DNA of 64,000 bases from Obrimoposthia wandeli (lineage: Eukaryota): assembly GCA_977020255.1 (NCBI GenBank), contig CDROCS010005705.1, positions 1 through 64,000 on the forward strand. The letters run 5' to 3'. Positions 9,468 through 18,845 of this stretch are shown piece by piece. Every line of letters begins with the position of its first letter. Positions within the stretch are counted from its first letter, which is position 1. A program made the position numbers and the translations under genes. The notes beneath the pieces are model-generated. The model was given only the letters and a program-made list of their open reading frames with translations. It made no database searches and was not told the DNA's origin.

Positions 9468-11189
9468 TTATGGCTGTCCTCCCACTTCTTCCAACTGCTC
9501 GGTTACTCTAAATACTTCCTCTAAACTGGTAATACCCGCTACCGCCGCTTCAAGAGCGCTGAGTACTAGTGGCTGATAGTTCTCGCTAGCCTTAGTTGCT
9601 TGAGAAAAAGCGTAGCTGTCGTTAGCTCTAAGAGCATCGGCCATAGCATCGTTAACTTCCAATAACTCAAAGATACCAACACGGCCAATGTAACCGGTAT
9701 TATTGCAGCTAGTACAGCCGCCACCTTGTTTAAAACCGGTACCTGAAATTTGGCTGTTTTCAAGTTTGATATTGAGCCAAGCTTGCTCTTGAAAAGTTGG
9801 ACGATAGTCTGTTTTGCAGTGCTCGCATACTTTACGAATTAAGCGCTGTGCCAGTACTGCACGTAATGCAGTGGCAACTATATAACCTTCAATGCCGATA
9901 TCAATTAAGCGCATTGCGCTGGAAATAGCATCGTTGGTGTGCAGACTTGAGAGCACAAAGTGACCTGTCATTGCAGCGCGAAGTGCGATTTCAGCCGTTT
10001 CATGATCGCGAATTTCTCCCACTAATAAGATATCGGGGTCTTGGCGTAAGCAAGATCGAAGGACCGTGGCGAAATTTAAGCCTATTTTGGGGTGTACTTG
10101 GATCTGGTTAATACGCGGCAGGCGGTACTCTACAGGGTCTTCGACCGTTAAAATTTTCTTTTCTGCTATGTTTAACTCATTAAGAGCGCCGTACAAAGTG
10201 GTTGTCTTGCCACTGCCAGTTGGGCCGGTAACTAATAATAAACCGTGAGGTTCTTTGATTAGCCTTTTTAAGCGATTGCGAATGAGATCTGACATACCAA
10301 TGCTATTGAGCTCAATTAATCCGTTAGTTTGATCAAGTAAGCGCATGACGACCGATTCACCATTTTGAATCGGCATAGTCGACATACGCACATCAATATT
10401 ATGGCTTTTAACGGTGATATTAAAACGGCCGTCTTGGGGAAGGCGTTTTTCTGAGATATTTAGTTCAGCCATTAGCTTTAAGCGCAGTATTAATGCCGGT
10501 GCGATACGGGCATCTTTCATTACGTGCTCTTGTAGTAAGCCGTCAACTCTTTGCCTAATGCGTAACACATTTTCATCAGGTTCAATATGGATATCAGAAG
10601 CGCCCACTGCAACGGCATCTTCAAAAATACTTTTTAGCAGGCGTACAACGGGAATATCGGCATCGTCTGTTTCAGAAAGGCGAACGGAATCAAAGGTGTC
10701 TTCAACAATTTCATCGCTTAGTTGATCCGCCCAATCGTCGATTTCACTGGTGCGGCGATACATCTGATCTAAAGTGCTGAGTAATTGGCTGTCAGGGATA
10801 ACTGCCAGTTCAATGGGTTTGGGAAGTAAGCGCTGAATTTCGTCATAGGCTGAGATGTCTAAAGGATCGGTCATGCCTATTAAGAAATACTCAGATTCTT
10901 CTTTGAGTACGATGCAGCGAAATCGACGCGCATGTGTTTCCGATAGCTTGAGTACATCATTGTGGTTGAAATTATAGCGAGATAAATTAACCATAGGGAT
11001 TTTTAGCTGTTGCGCGAGGAAATCTAAAAACTGCTCTTCTTTTACATAGCCAAGAACGACGAGTGCTTTGCCTAATTTTTGGCGAGTTTCTTTCTGCCGC
11101 GCTAAAGCAGCTATTAGCTGCTGATCAGTAATGACACCATTTTGTACTAATAAGTCACCGATTCTGATTTTCATTTTCGGTGCAGCCAT
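9468..11189 (-). CDS. mshE: MshE extension ATPase with N-terminal MshEN c-di-GMP-binding domain
   Basis: RIGDLLVQNGVITDQQLIAALARQ..KLGKALVVLG; Walker A GPTGSGKT; LRQDPDILLVGEIRD; CxxC...CxxC. Confidence 0.95.
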   Translation of the reverse strand: MAAPKMKIRIGDLLVQNGVITDQQLIAALARQKETRQKLGKALVVLGYVKEEQFLDFLAQQLKIPMVNLSRYNFNHNDVLKLSETHARRFRCIVLKEESEYFLIGMTDPLDISAYDEIQRLLPKPIELAVIPDSQLLSTLDQMYRRTSEIDDWADQLSDEIVEDTFDSVRLSETDDADIPVVRLLKSIFEDAVAVGASDIHIEPDENVLRIRQRVDGLLQEHVMKDARIAPALILRLKLMAELNISEKRLPQDGRFNITVKSHNIDVRMSTMPIQNGESVVMRLLDQTNGLIELNSIGMSDLIRNRLKRLIKEPHGLLLVTGPTGSGKTTTLYGALNELNIAEKKILTVEDPVEYRLPRINQIQVHPKIGLNFATVLRSCLRQDPDILLVGEIRDHETAEIALRAAMTGHFVLSSLHTNDAISSAMRLIDIGIEGYIVATALRAVLAQRLIRKVCEHCKTDYRPTFQEQAWLNIKLENSQISGTGFKQGGGCTSCNNTGYIGRVGIFELLEVNDAMADALRANDSYAFSQATKASENYQPLVLSALEAAVAGITSLEEVFRVTEQLEEVGGQP

Positions 11190-11229
11190 AGAGCTTCCTT
11201 TTTATAAGTATTATTGAGTAGTATAAAAG

Positions 11230-11862
11230 CTATTGCCTGGCAGAAAACAAATGCAAACGGATATCTAAAGCCACTTGATGTGCTCTTAATTGTTGGTAGC
11301 TGAGACTATCCCAAGCAATAGATAAACCTTGCGTTTGCATGAACTGTAAAAAGGCGCTGACAGCACTGTTACTCAATTGCAATTTGAGCACTAGGTTTTG
11401 TCTCAGTAATGCAAGGTTGCCATCTTCTGTTAAATCTTCTTCTGTTGCATATGGCAGCGATTCAACATTTAAACTCTCAATTTTAAGCGGCATCGGTGGA
11501 TTTAAAATAATCGCTAAAAAGCTATCCAATTGCGCGGCAGAGGAAACTGACATGCCCTGTTCAGATAATTCAGCTTGTAGAGTATGCTGCTGCGCCTGCA
11601 ACGCATCGTACTGTTCATTCAAAGCACTAACAGGGTCCATCGATAGTCTTTGGTTCAGTGCTGCTATACTGGTCTGCAATTTCGCCGACATTGTCTTGCT
11701 TTGTGCGATTTTTAATTTCGCATCTTGCCATGCGAGATACTGCGGCTCAATGACTAAAATAAATAGCAATGCTGTAATTAATGAGAAGCTAGAGATGAAT
11801 ATTAAAACTCTTTCCCTTTTACTGAATTGCTCAAAGTGTGTTGAGATTGATAAAAAGGTCAT
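11230..11862 (-). CDS. mshJ: MshJ (PilO/GspM-like)
   Basis: FEQFSKRERVLI followed by a TM helix and coiled coil; operon position. Confidence 0.7.
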   Translation of the reverse strand: MTFLSISTHFEQFSKRERVLIFISSFSLITALLFILVIEPQYLAWQDAKLKIAQSKTMSAKLQTSIAALNQRLSMDPVSALNEQYDALQAQQHTLQAELSEQGMSVSSAAQLDSFLAIILNPPMPLKIESLNVESLPYATEEDLTEDGNLALLRQNLVLKLQLSNSAVSAFLQFMQTQGLSIAWDSLSYQQLRAHQVALDIRLHLFSARQ

Positions 11863-12458
11863 TGATCAATCTCCCTTTTAACCGCTGAAAGCGTAAAACT
11901 ATAGTCATCACCGCTGTTTTGAGTATTAACATTGGCTATTTGCTGGTGTTTCAATAAACCGTTGCTTTTAAGGTTGCTCAATAATTTAGCAATATCAGCG
12001 GGTAGCACGATCTTACCCGAAACCTGGTTTAAATATTGGCCTGAGCTAAATTTAAAACTATGCAGCTGCGCATCATCTGGCATGCTTTTTTGCATGGCTA
12101 ACCAAGCCGCTAAAAAATCACCATTTTGTTTGATGTGTATTGGTGTTGGAGAAGTCAGCATTTGTTGCATCGCCATGACTTGTTGTTGTAACTGCTCTAC
12201 TTTATTGCTCAATTTTGTGGGTACTTTGCGCTTTTCAATATCAGAGGAAAGAGTTGAGATACTGTTTTGCAAGTTCAAGTCAGTCGCGATTTGTTGTTGG
12301 TGTTCTAATGCCAAACTGCTAGCAAGTTGCCAGTAGATAGCACCGATAACTAAACAGGCTGTAAAGGTAATGACTAGCATGCTGAGAAAATAGTTAAACG
12401 CTAACCAATTTTTTATCTTTACAGGTATTGCCGGTAGTAAGTTAATAGTCTGCTTCAT
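11859..12458 (-). CDS. MshI2/PilN-like protein
   Basis: MKQTINLL N-terminus, single TM helix, coiled coil; lies between mshI and mshJ. Confidence 0.72.
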   Translation of the reverse strand: MKQTINLLPAIPVKIKNWLAFNYFLSMLVITFTACLVIGAIYWQLASSLALEHQQQIATDLNLQNSISTLSSDIEKRKVPTKLSNKVEQLQQQVMAMQQMLTSPTPIHIKQNGDFLAAWLAMQKSMPDDAQLHSFKFSSGQYLNQVSGKIVLPADIAKLLSNLKSNGLLKHQQIANVNTQNSGDDYSFTLSAVKREIDQ

Positions 12459-13366
12459 CTTTTAGCCTTTTTATCTAAACGTAAAGCGCCGGATATAGCG
12501 AGGAGGCAGTGTTGTTGCATCTCAATAGAGATATTTATATCAGAATCGATCAAGTCATTAATATCCGCTGTGGTAATCTCTATGCCCATATTAGTGTGTA
12601 ATGTTTGCATCATAGAAGATTCATTACTTTGCAGGGGAAGGACTATCACCTTTAAACAGGGAGGTTTGCCAATTTGGCTTTCGTAATAATCCATAGAGCG
12701 TTGTAAATCTAGCACCACAGCTTCCATGCGATCTTGGTAATTGTATTGCAATGTACGTGATAAATACATTTTCCTTTCAGACATGAGCATCAACATGCTT
12801 TGCTCAAAGTTCAAATAAAGGATAGAAGTACCGACTAAATCGCTACATAAATCAGCCACTAAATGTAGTAAAGCCGTTTCAGGTATTTCAACAGTAGAGG
12901 GGGTTAAACCCAGTTTGTGCGCCCAAGTTATTTTGGATTCTACTTTACTTTTGTCCGCTATAACGGCATAAACTTTGCGCCCTTGATGTTTGGCACTATC
13001 TTCAGGTAAATCTAAATAATCAATTTGTGCGTTTTCAATATCAAAGGAGACTAAATCTTTTACCTTCCACCACAACGCATCACACATTTCATGGCTGGCC
13101 ACTTCAGGTGCTTCCGTTAGTAGTAACTGATATTCAGACGGAGCTAGAATCAACGAGCAATGAGCGCTAGCTAATTGATGTTTGGCGATAAAATCGGTAA
13201 TTAAAGCTGGCTCTTCTGCTAAAGCAAGTGCACTGAAAAATTCACATTGTTGTAATTGAAGTTTATCGCCGCTGGGTTTACTAACAGCTATAGAAGTGCC
13301 CTCTTCAGAAGCACGCAAGCAAACTCTGGTGAATTCTTTATTGTTTTTCTTATTAAACAGCGACAA
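12455..13366 (-). CDS. mshI: MshI (PilM-like) biogenesis protein
   Basis: YQLLLTEAPEV..WKVKDL, ETALLHL, LDLQRSMDYYESQ. TTG start with SD GAGGA. Confidence 0.82.
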   Translation of the reverse strand: MSLFNKKNNKEFTRVCLRASEEGTSIAVSKPSGDKLQLQQCEFFSALALAEEPALITDFIAKHQLASAHCSLILAPSEYQLLLTEAPEVASHEMCDALWWKVKDLVSFDIENAQIDYLDLPEDSAKHQGRKVYAVIADKSKVESKITWAHKLGLTPSTVEIPETALLHLVADLCSDLVGTSILYLNFEQSMLMLMSERKMYLSRTLQYNYQDRMEAVVLDLQRSMDYYESQIGKPPCLKVIVLPLQSNESSMMQTLHTNMGIEITTADINDLIDSDINISIEMQQHCLLAISGALRLDKKAKR

Positions 13367-13636
13367 TAGCTATTCCTCAATTTAACCGTAAATATTAATA
13401 TTTATAAAAATGTACCTTGGCAATAAGCCGTTATCGGCAGTACTTGTGATAACTGATATCTATATTGCCAAGATTACAGCTAAACATTACCTTTATATAA
13501 CAATGAGCTTCTTTATGCATCCCACAGATAGTAACGAACTCGTTGTCTTTTTGCATTAAGTGCAACAATAACGATAGCTTATCTAGAGAATTTGCTAATT
13601 TAAATTGCAAATAGGTAGGACGGTGGTAATTAGTGC

Positions 13637-13674
13637 TTGACTGGAAGGCGACTTCGTTGTTTAATATGCGCCGC
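13637..13674 (+). promoter_or_regulatory. Sigma70 stable-RNA promoter of tRNA-Phe
   Basis: TTGACT (13637), 17-nt spacer, TTTAAT (13660), then GC-rich discriminator GCGCCGC. Confidence 0.7.
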
Positions 13675-13687
13675 GTTAAGCAGTGTT

Positions 13688-13763
13688 GCCCGGATAGCTC
13701 AGTCGGTAGAGCAGAGGATTGAAAATCCTCGTGTCGGTGGTTCGATTCCGCCTCCGGGCACCA
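13688..13763 (+). tRNA. tRNA-Phe (GAA)
   Basis: 76 nt; acceptor stem GCCCGGA/TCCGGGC, anticodon loop TTGAAAA, GGTTCGATTCC T-arm, encoded CCA. Confidence 0.99.
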
Positions 13764-13771
13764 TTTACTCC

Positions 13772-13806
13772 AAGCCTTACAGTCAAATGTAGGGCTTTGT
13801 TGTTTT
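13772..13806 (+). terminator. Intrinsic terminator after tRNA-Phe
   Basis: AAGCCTTACA-6 nt-TGTAGGGCTT followed by a T-rich tract. Confidence 0.7.
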
Positions 13807-14301
13807 TAGGCTTTGATAGTTTTCTGATTCCTTAGATCTTGAGTTATTTATCATTTCTGAAATTAAACGATAATAGCTTCCACTTTAGTTGTTGATAATT
13901 GCATCTGTTTTTTAAGTAGGCACATAAGCTTGCATATAATTGTTTAATCCCTCTGTTTCTAAACTTTACTAACGTCAATAAATTCACTCTCATAGTCACG
14001 AACCCTATTTTGTTTTTTTGTAAAAAGAAGTGATTCTGGGATGTTGTAAATATGCCGCACATTCTAGTGCGTGCAAGTGCAAGTACTGGGGATTTACTTT
14101 CTATTCAGAAAAAATTCATCTTATAATGCTAATATTGGTGATGAGGTATTCAAGTGGCTAGTTAGAGCCTAGTTGATGCAAGCTAGTTCCTTGCTATTGA
14201 AAGTGTCGCCATTAACTAATTTAGATTAACTATCTACCTACTTGTTTACTACTAGCTTTTGTTAAACTCGCATTGAGGTAACATGGATGAGTGCTAACTA
14301 A

Positions 14302-16875
14302 ATGGATTTTGTAATCAAAAGTAGGTTAATCATAACTATAACTGTGGTGACGTTGATTCTGTTGCCTCTGTATTACCTTGGCGCAAATATATCTGACCCA
14401 ACAGATAAAGCGCTGATCTCGAATAATGAATTGCAAATAGAGCGCGCTTTCGTGATAGATAAAAGCCGCCGCTTATTAGTAGATGATATTCGTGGTAGGC
14501 CGATGCAAGCGATGCCGGCCACAAAAGTCCCTTGGAGTTTTGAGCAGCAAGCATATTGGATAAAGATTAACTTATTTAATCACAGCGATAAAGAACAAGT
14601 GCTGGTGATGCATTTTGATAACCCAATGCTCAATCAGCTAACGCTCTATCAGTATCAGCAACAAAGTTTATTACAACAGCGCCAACTCAGTTGGCGTGAG
14701 CCGCAATTATCCTTAATTGATCGCAGCATTTTAAATTATAAATTCACTTTGCCAGCGCATACTCAAACACAGATATATAGCCGTATTGAAACGCTTGGTA
14801 TCGCTAAAACGCCGATTAATATCTACTATCAAAAAGACTTTGTACCGCTGATTCGCAGTACTTATCTCATATGGGGCGCCTTTATCGGCATTCTCTGTAT
14901 GATATCACTGTATAATTTGGTGTTGTTTTACGGGCTTAAAGAGCGCGTTTTCTTGATTTATATCGGTTATATTCTCTCCACTTTAACAATGATGTCTATT
15001 GTGCAAGGCTTTGGCCATTACTTATTTCCAGCGCCTTTGTATCACCTGCTGCGGGTTAATGTGATTAGCCTCAATTATGCTGTGCTGATTTTTGCAGTGC
15101 TGTTCGCACTATTTTTCCTGAATTTTCATAAAAGCCGCAAGCCTATCTACCGCAGAAGTATCTACTATGTTTATTTATTGATCTTTTTAGCAGTGTTATC
15201 AATATTTTTAAGTGAAAATTATGCTGCGCCGCTCTTTTTTGTCGCAATGGGAATTGCTTACCCGCTGTGCTTTTTATTGTTGTATAAAAGCTATAACAGT
15301 GATCATTCTTGGGGCTTATTATATATAGTTTCATGGATACCGTTACTCATTGGTGGTGCGGCACAGCCTTTAGAACTCACCGATGTTATTCCTTATTCCT
15401 TCATTGCTCGCAATGTTTTTGGCGTCTGTATTCTGTTTGAAATCACCTTGATGGCGATGGCGTTATCCGAGCGAGTACGCCAACAAAAAGAAATCAGCCT
15501 TTATAATGCGACCCATGATTTAGAAACCGGCTTACCTGGTTACAAAATATTAGAGGAATGTTTGCAGCGTAAAATTCAAGCACAGCATTCACTGACGCTG
15601 TGTTTAATATCAGTGACTGGATTAAATCGGTTATCGCCGTATTTGAACGACCAACAAAGTATCAGGCTACTGGAACATTTTTTAGTTTGCACTCGTAGTC
15701 ATGTTGAACCATTAGGCCATTTTATGACAATGGAGTCTAATGCTACAAAGAAGGTGAAAATAGCGCGCATCAGAGACAATGTATTCGCGGTGTTATTACA
15801 ATCACACCAAAGCCATGAAGAAGTCATAGCGCAGATTAAACCATTATCTAATAGTATCAATGATGTATTGAAACTGAGTGATATCTCAATAAGCCTTAAA
15901 ACCAGCATAGGTTTTTATCGTATTAGCCACCAGCAGGTTTCTGCCAGTGCGGTGTTGAAAAAAGCATTTCAAGCTTTAGAAACAGGTGTCAGAGACGGTT
16001 TGGCAATTAGTGAATATGATGATCAAAGGCACTACAGCTTAACGCTGGCTAGTGAGTTGAGAGAGGCGCTAATAAATAATGAGTTAATGTTATATCACCA
16101 GCCGCAAATTAATCTACAGGCAGCTTCGGTACATGGTTCAGAAGGATTGTTACGTTGGAAGCACAAAGAGCAAGGGTTTATTCCTGTTGAATCTTTTATC
16201 GCATTGGCAGAAGAGACAGGCCTAATTAATCAGCTAAGCCTATGGGTGATTAATAGGGCTTGCCAAGATATTCGTGCCTTAATGGCGTTAGGTTATGTGG
16301 ATCATCAAGTCTCGGTCAACATGAGTGGCTCTGATGTGGTAGATAGAGATTTTTTGAGTAATGTTGAAACTATTTTAAAAGAGTGGGATGTACCGCCAAA
16401 GCTGTTGAATCTCGAGCTGACAGAATCTGTGATGATTAGTGACTACAGCAGTGTAAAGTATGTAATGGAAGGATTATTAGAAATGGGGATTAGTGTTTCC
16501 ATTGATGATTTTGGTACAGGATACTCATCGCTATCTCATATTTTAGAATTGCCTTTTAATGAATTGAAAATTGATCGTGTCTTTGTCACTGAAATGGAGA
16601 CTAATCAGCGCAACTGCGATATTGTAAAAACCACCATTGAAATGGCGAGAATTTTAGATTTGAGAGTCGTCGCTGAAGGTATTGAAACCGAAGCCGTCGC
16701 GAGCAGATTGCTCTCTTATCATTGTGATTTAGCCCAAGGCTATTATTATTCTAAACCGCTTCATTTTAGCGGGTATTTAGATTGGTTAGCACAGTACTCA
16801 GCTAACGCACATCACTCGCAGGCAGCTTGCGTTATTAGCAGTGATACCAAAGATTCAACTGAGAATAAAATTTAA
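14302..16875 (+). CDS. 7TMR-DISM sensor, degenerate GGDEF and EAL c-di-GMP phosphodiesterase
   Basis: Periplasmic DISM2-like domain (YWIKINL..FDNPMLNQLTLY) and 7 TM segments. GGDEF is replaced by RDNVF. The EAL domain retains EGLLRW, ELTES, DDFGTGYSS, KIDR and EGIE. Confidence 0.9.
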   Translation: MDFVIKSRLIITITVVTLILLPLYYLGANISDPTDKALISNNELQIERAFVIDKSRRLLVDDIRGRPMQAMPATKVPWSFEQQAYWIKINLFNHSDKEQVLVMHFDNPMLNQLTLYQYQQQSLLQQRQLSWREPQLSLIDRSILNYKFTLPAHTQTQIYSRIETLGIAKTPINIYYQKDFVPLIRSTYLIWGAFIGILCMISLYNLVLFYGLKERVFLIYIGYILSTLTMMSIVQGFGHYLFPAPLYHLLRVNVISLNYAVLIFAVLFALFFLNFHKSRKPIYRRSIYYVYLLIFLAVLSIFLSENYAAPLFFVAMGIAYPLCFLLLYKSYNSDHSWGLLYIVSWIPLLIGGAAQPLELTDVIPYSFIARNVFGVCILFEITLMAMALSERVRQQKEISLYNATHDLETGLPGYKILEECLQRKIQAQHSLTLCLISVTGLNRLSPYLNDQQSIRLLEHFLVCTRSHVEPLGHFMTMESNATKKVKIARIRDNVFAVLLQSHQSHEEVIAQIKPLSNSINDVLKLSDISISLKTSIGFYRISHQQVSASAVLKKAFQALETGVRDGLAISEYDDQRHYSLTLASELREALINNELMLYHQPQINLQAASVHGSEGLLRWKHKEQGFIPVESFIALAEETGLINQLSLWVINRACQDIRALMALGYVDHQVSVNMSGSDVVDRDFLSNVETILKEWDVPPKLLNLELTESVMISDYSSVKYVMEGLLEMGISVSIDDFGTGYSSLSHILELPFNELKIDRVFVTEMETNQRNCDIVKTTIEMARILDLRVVAEGIETEAVASRLLSYHCDLAQGYYYSKPLHFSGYLDWLAQYSANAHHSQAACVISSDTKDSTENKI

Positions 16876-16884
16876 AGGTATACT

Positions 16885-17100
16885 TCATATCGCTGGTTTT
16901 TCGGTAATTATTGGTTTATCGATAAGTTTAATAATAACAACATGAGTCCCTAGCAGCATAGGCACTAAAAAGCAGGGATGAACCATGTTGCTCCCATTAC
17001 TGATATAGCATCTACCTGGCGCAGCGCATTTACTAAATCAGCGATACCTATAATACTGAATATCCAAATAATTGTGACAGCCCTTTTCCAATTACCTATG
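16885..17100 (-). pseudogene. 3' remnant of a small membrane-protein gene, 5'-truncated and frameshifted
   Basis: Hand translation gives SIGNWKRAVTIIWIFSIIGIADLVNALRQVDAISVMGATWFIPAF, then a shift at the A5 run (16967-16971), then LVPMLLGTHVVIIKL...stop. No start codon is present. Confidence 0.5.
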
Positions 17101-17160
17101 CTAGAAAACCACAAATCAATGAGTTAGAGAGCTTACACTTTTTAACCGGGCAGCAATGAT
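17101..17160 (-). repeat. One end of a family C MITE-like element
   Basis: The reverse complement matches 43195-43253 at 53/60 positions. Confidence 0.75.
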
Positions 17161-17346
17161 TTAAGAGTGAAAAAACTAATAAATCTAATCCAAACAGTCA
17201 TAAAAAAATATTTTGAATATTCAAAAAAGTCTCTTCGCTACAAGTGTGCATTGCAGTTAACTTTCCTGACACAAAGGAATAGGGTGAGAAATAGAGAACA
17301 GCGCTGTCCATTTATATTGAAGCAGCGCTGTTAATATCATGCTTAA

Positions 17347-18318
17347 TTATTTTATTTTCCCCATAAATGTAACAATTTTTTCAGCAATGAATTCCCCCTC
17401 TTCTTCTAAAGCAAAGTGGCCAGTTTCTAAAAGATTGAAGTCAAGGTTAGTTAAATCACGCTTATACGGGTGAGCACCTTGCTCTGGAAAAATGTAGTCT
17501 CCAGTGCCCCATACTAATAGCGTTTCAGGCTGATGCTTCCTAAAGTAAGCTTGCCATTTAGGATATTCAGCGACGTTACTTCCATAAGAGTAAAATAGCT
17601 CAAGTTGGATCTCTTTATTACCAGGTCTATCTAGTTTCGCTTGATCAACTATCCAGTTATCTGGGCTAATGGTTTCAGGATTGCGAGTGCCGTTGGTATA
17701 TTGCCACTGCGTAGCGCCGATATTTAATAGCGCGTCATTAAGTGCCTTGCCATTGGCAGCCGTTTTATCTTTCCAGTATGCCTTTATAGGCTTCCAAAAA
17801 TCACCTAAGCCTTCTTCGTATGCATTACCGTTTTGAATGATTAACCCTTCTATTTTTTCAGGGTGGGCTGAGGCAATTCTAAAACCAATAGGTGCGCCGT
17901 AATCCATCACATACATAGTGTATTTCTCAGCGCCTACTTTAGATAAAAAAGTATCGGTGATTTTAGCGAGGTTGGCAAAACTGTATTCAAATTCACTAAG
18001 AGCAGGCATTGAACTATTGCCAAACCCTGGGTAATCAGGGGCAATCACATGATATTTCTCAGCTAGTTTTGGAATTAAATTACGATACATATGCGAAGAG
18101 GTTGGAAAACCGTGTAACAACACAATAGTTTTCTTATTCTCTATTCCGGCCTCACGATAAAAAATATCTTGGTTTTGTACTTTGATGCTTTTATGCAATG
18201 TTTGAGCTGCTTGCGCGGTGCCAATACTTGATAGTGTCAGTAACAAGGAGCTTGCTGCAGCGACTAGCAAACCGTTAAAGATAAATTTTGTTTTAGGGGT
18301 GTAGGTTGATGTTTTCAT
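17347..18318 (-). CDS. Alpha/beta hydrolase (epoxide hydrolase/haloalkane dehalogenase-like) with signal peptide
   Basis: LLHGFPTSSHMYR, nucleophile motif MDYGAP, GHFALEE; N-terminal AQA cleavage site. Confidence 0.88.
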   Translation of the reverse strand: MKTSTYTPKTKFIFNGLLVAAASSLLLTLSSIGTAQAAQTLHKSIKVQNQDIFYREAGIENKKTIVLLHGFPTSSHMYRNLIPKLAEKYHVIAPDYPGFGNSSMPALSEFEYSFANLAKITDTFLSKVGAEKYTMYVMDYGAPIGFRIASAHPEKIEGLIIQNGNAYEEGLGDFWKPIKAYWKDKTAANGKALNDALLNIGATQWQYTNGTRNPETISPDNWIVDQAKLDRPGNKEIQLELFYSYGSNVAEYPKWQAYFRKHQPETLLVWGTGDYIFPEQGAHPYKRDLTNLDFNLLETGHFALEEEGEFIAEKIVTFMGKIK

Positions 18319-18596
18319 TTTAAACTTCCTTCTAAGTTAGTTGTTGTATCTAAAAGCTGCGTCAACAATCCGTTTTGCTGCGCCGCCAATAATTCTGTGA
18401 AACCGCCGACGGCTTCTCCTCCTATAAAAACTTGCGGGTAAGTTCTAGCGAAGGTCTTACTGTGTAGCTGTGCGATGTGTTCAGGGTATTGGTAAACATC
18501 GTATTCTATGAAAGCTAGGCCTAAGTTATGCAGCAAGCGCTTAGCGTGCGTGCAATAACCACAACCGGGTCGAGTGTAAATTTCTATTTTGGGCAT
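18315..18596 (-). CDS. Glutaredoxin 3-like protein
   Basis: CGYC active site, TYPQVFI..VGGF; its stop overlaps the hydrolase start. Confidence 0.88.
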   Translation of the reverse strand: MPKIEIYTRPGCGYCTHAKRLLHNLGLAFIEYDVYQYPEHIAQLHSKTFARTYPQVFIGGEAVGGFTELLAAQQNGLLTQLLDTTTNLEGSLK

Positions 18597-18699
18597 ATCA
18601 GCTCCTGATGCGGATTAATGGGTAAGCAGTGATGCTTGATTCGATGATGAGCATTATCTAGGTTTAATTAGAGTTGATAAACGAGGGTGTTGTTGAATG

Positions 18700-18722
18700 A
18701 TTGTCAACATGCTGTTGACAAT
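18700..18722. promoter_or_regulatory. Perfect 10-3-10 palindrome, probable operator in the grx/LysR divergon
   Basis: ATTGTCAACA-TGC-TGTTGACAAT. Confidence 0.65.
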
Positions 18723-18845
18723 GCAATCTGTAACAGGCTTTATAAAGCTATCTCGATTAATGGCTGCACGAGCGATTTTTGTAGTTGCTAATAGTTAAGC
18801 AAACAGCAACATAATTTATAAGGATGACTTAAATGGGTAGCTTAA

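Noticed and set aside
13416-13472. c-di-GMP-I/II riboswitch upstream of mshI
   Set aside because: It lacks the conserved GGCAAAC/GNRA-receptor pattern. It is kept only as an unassigned structure.
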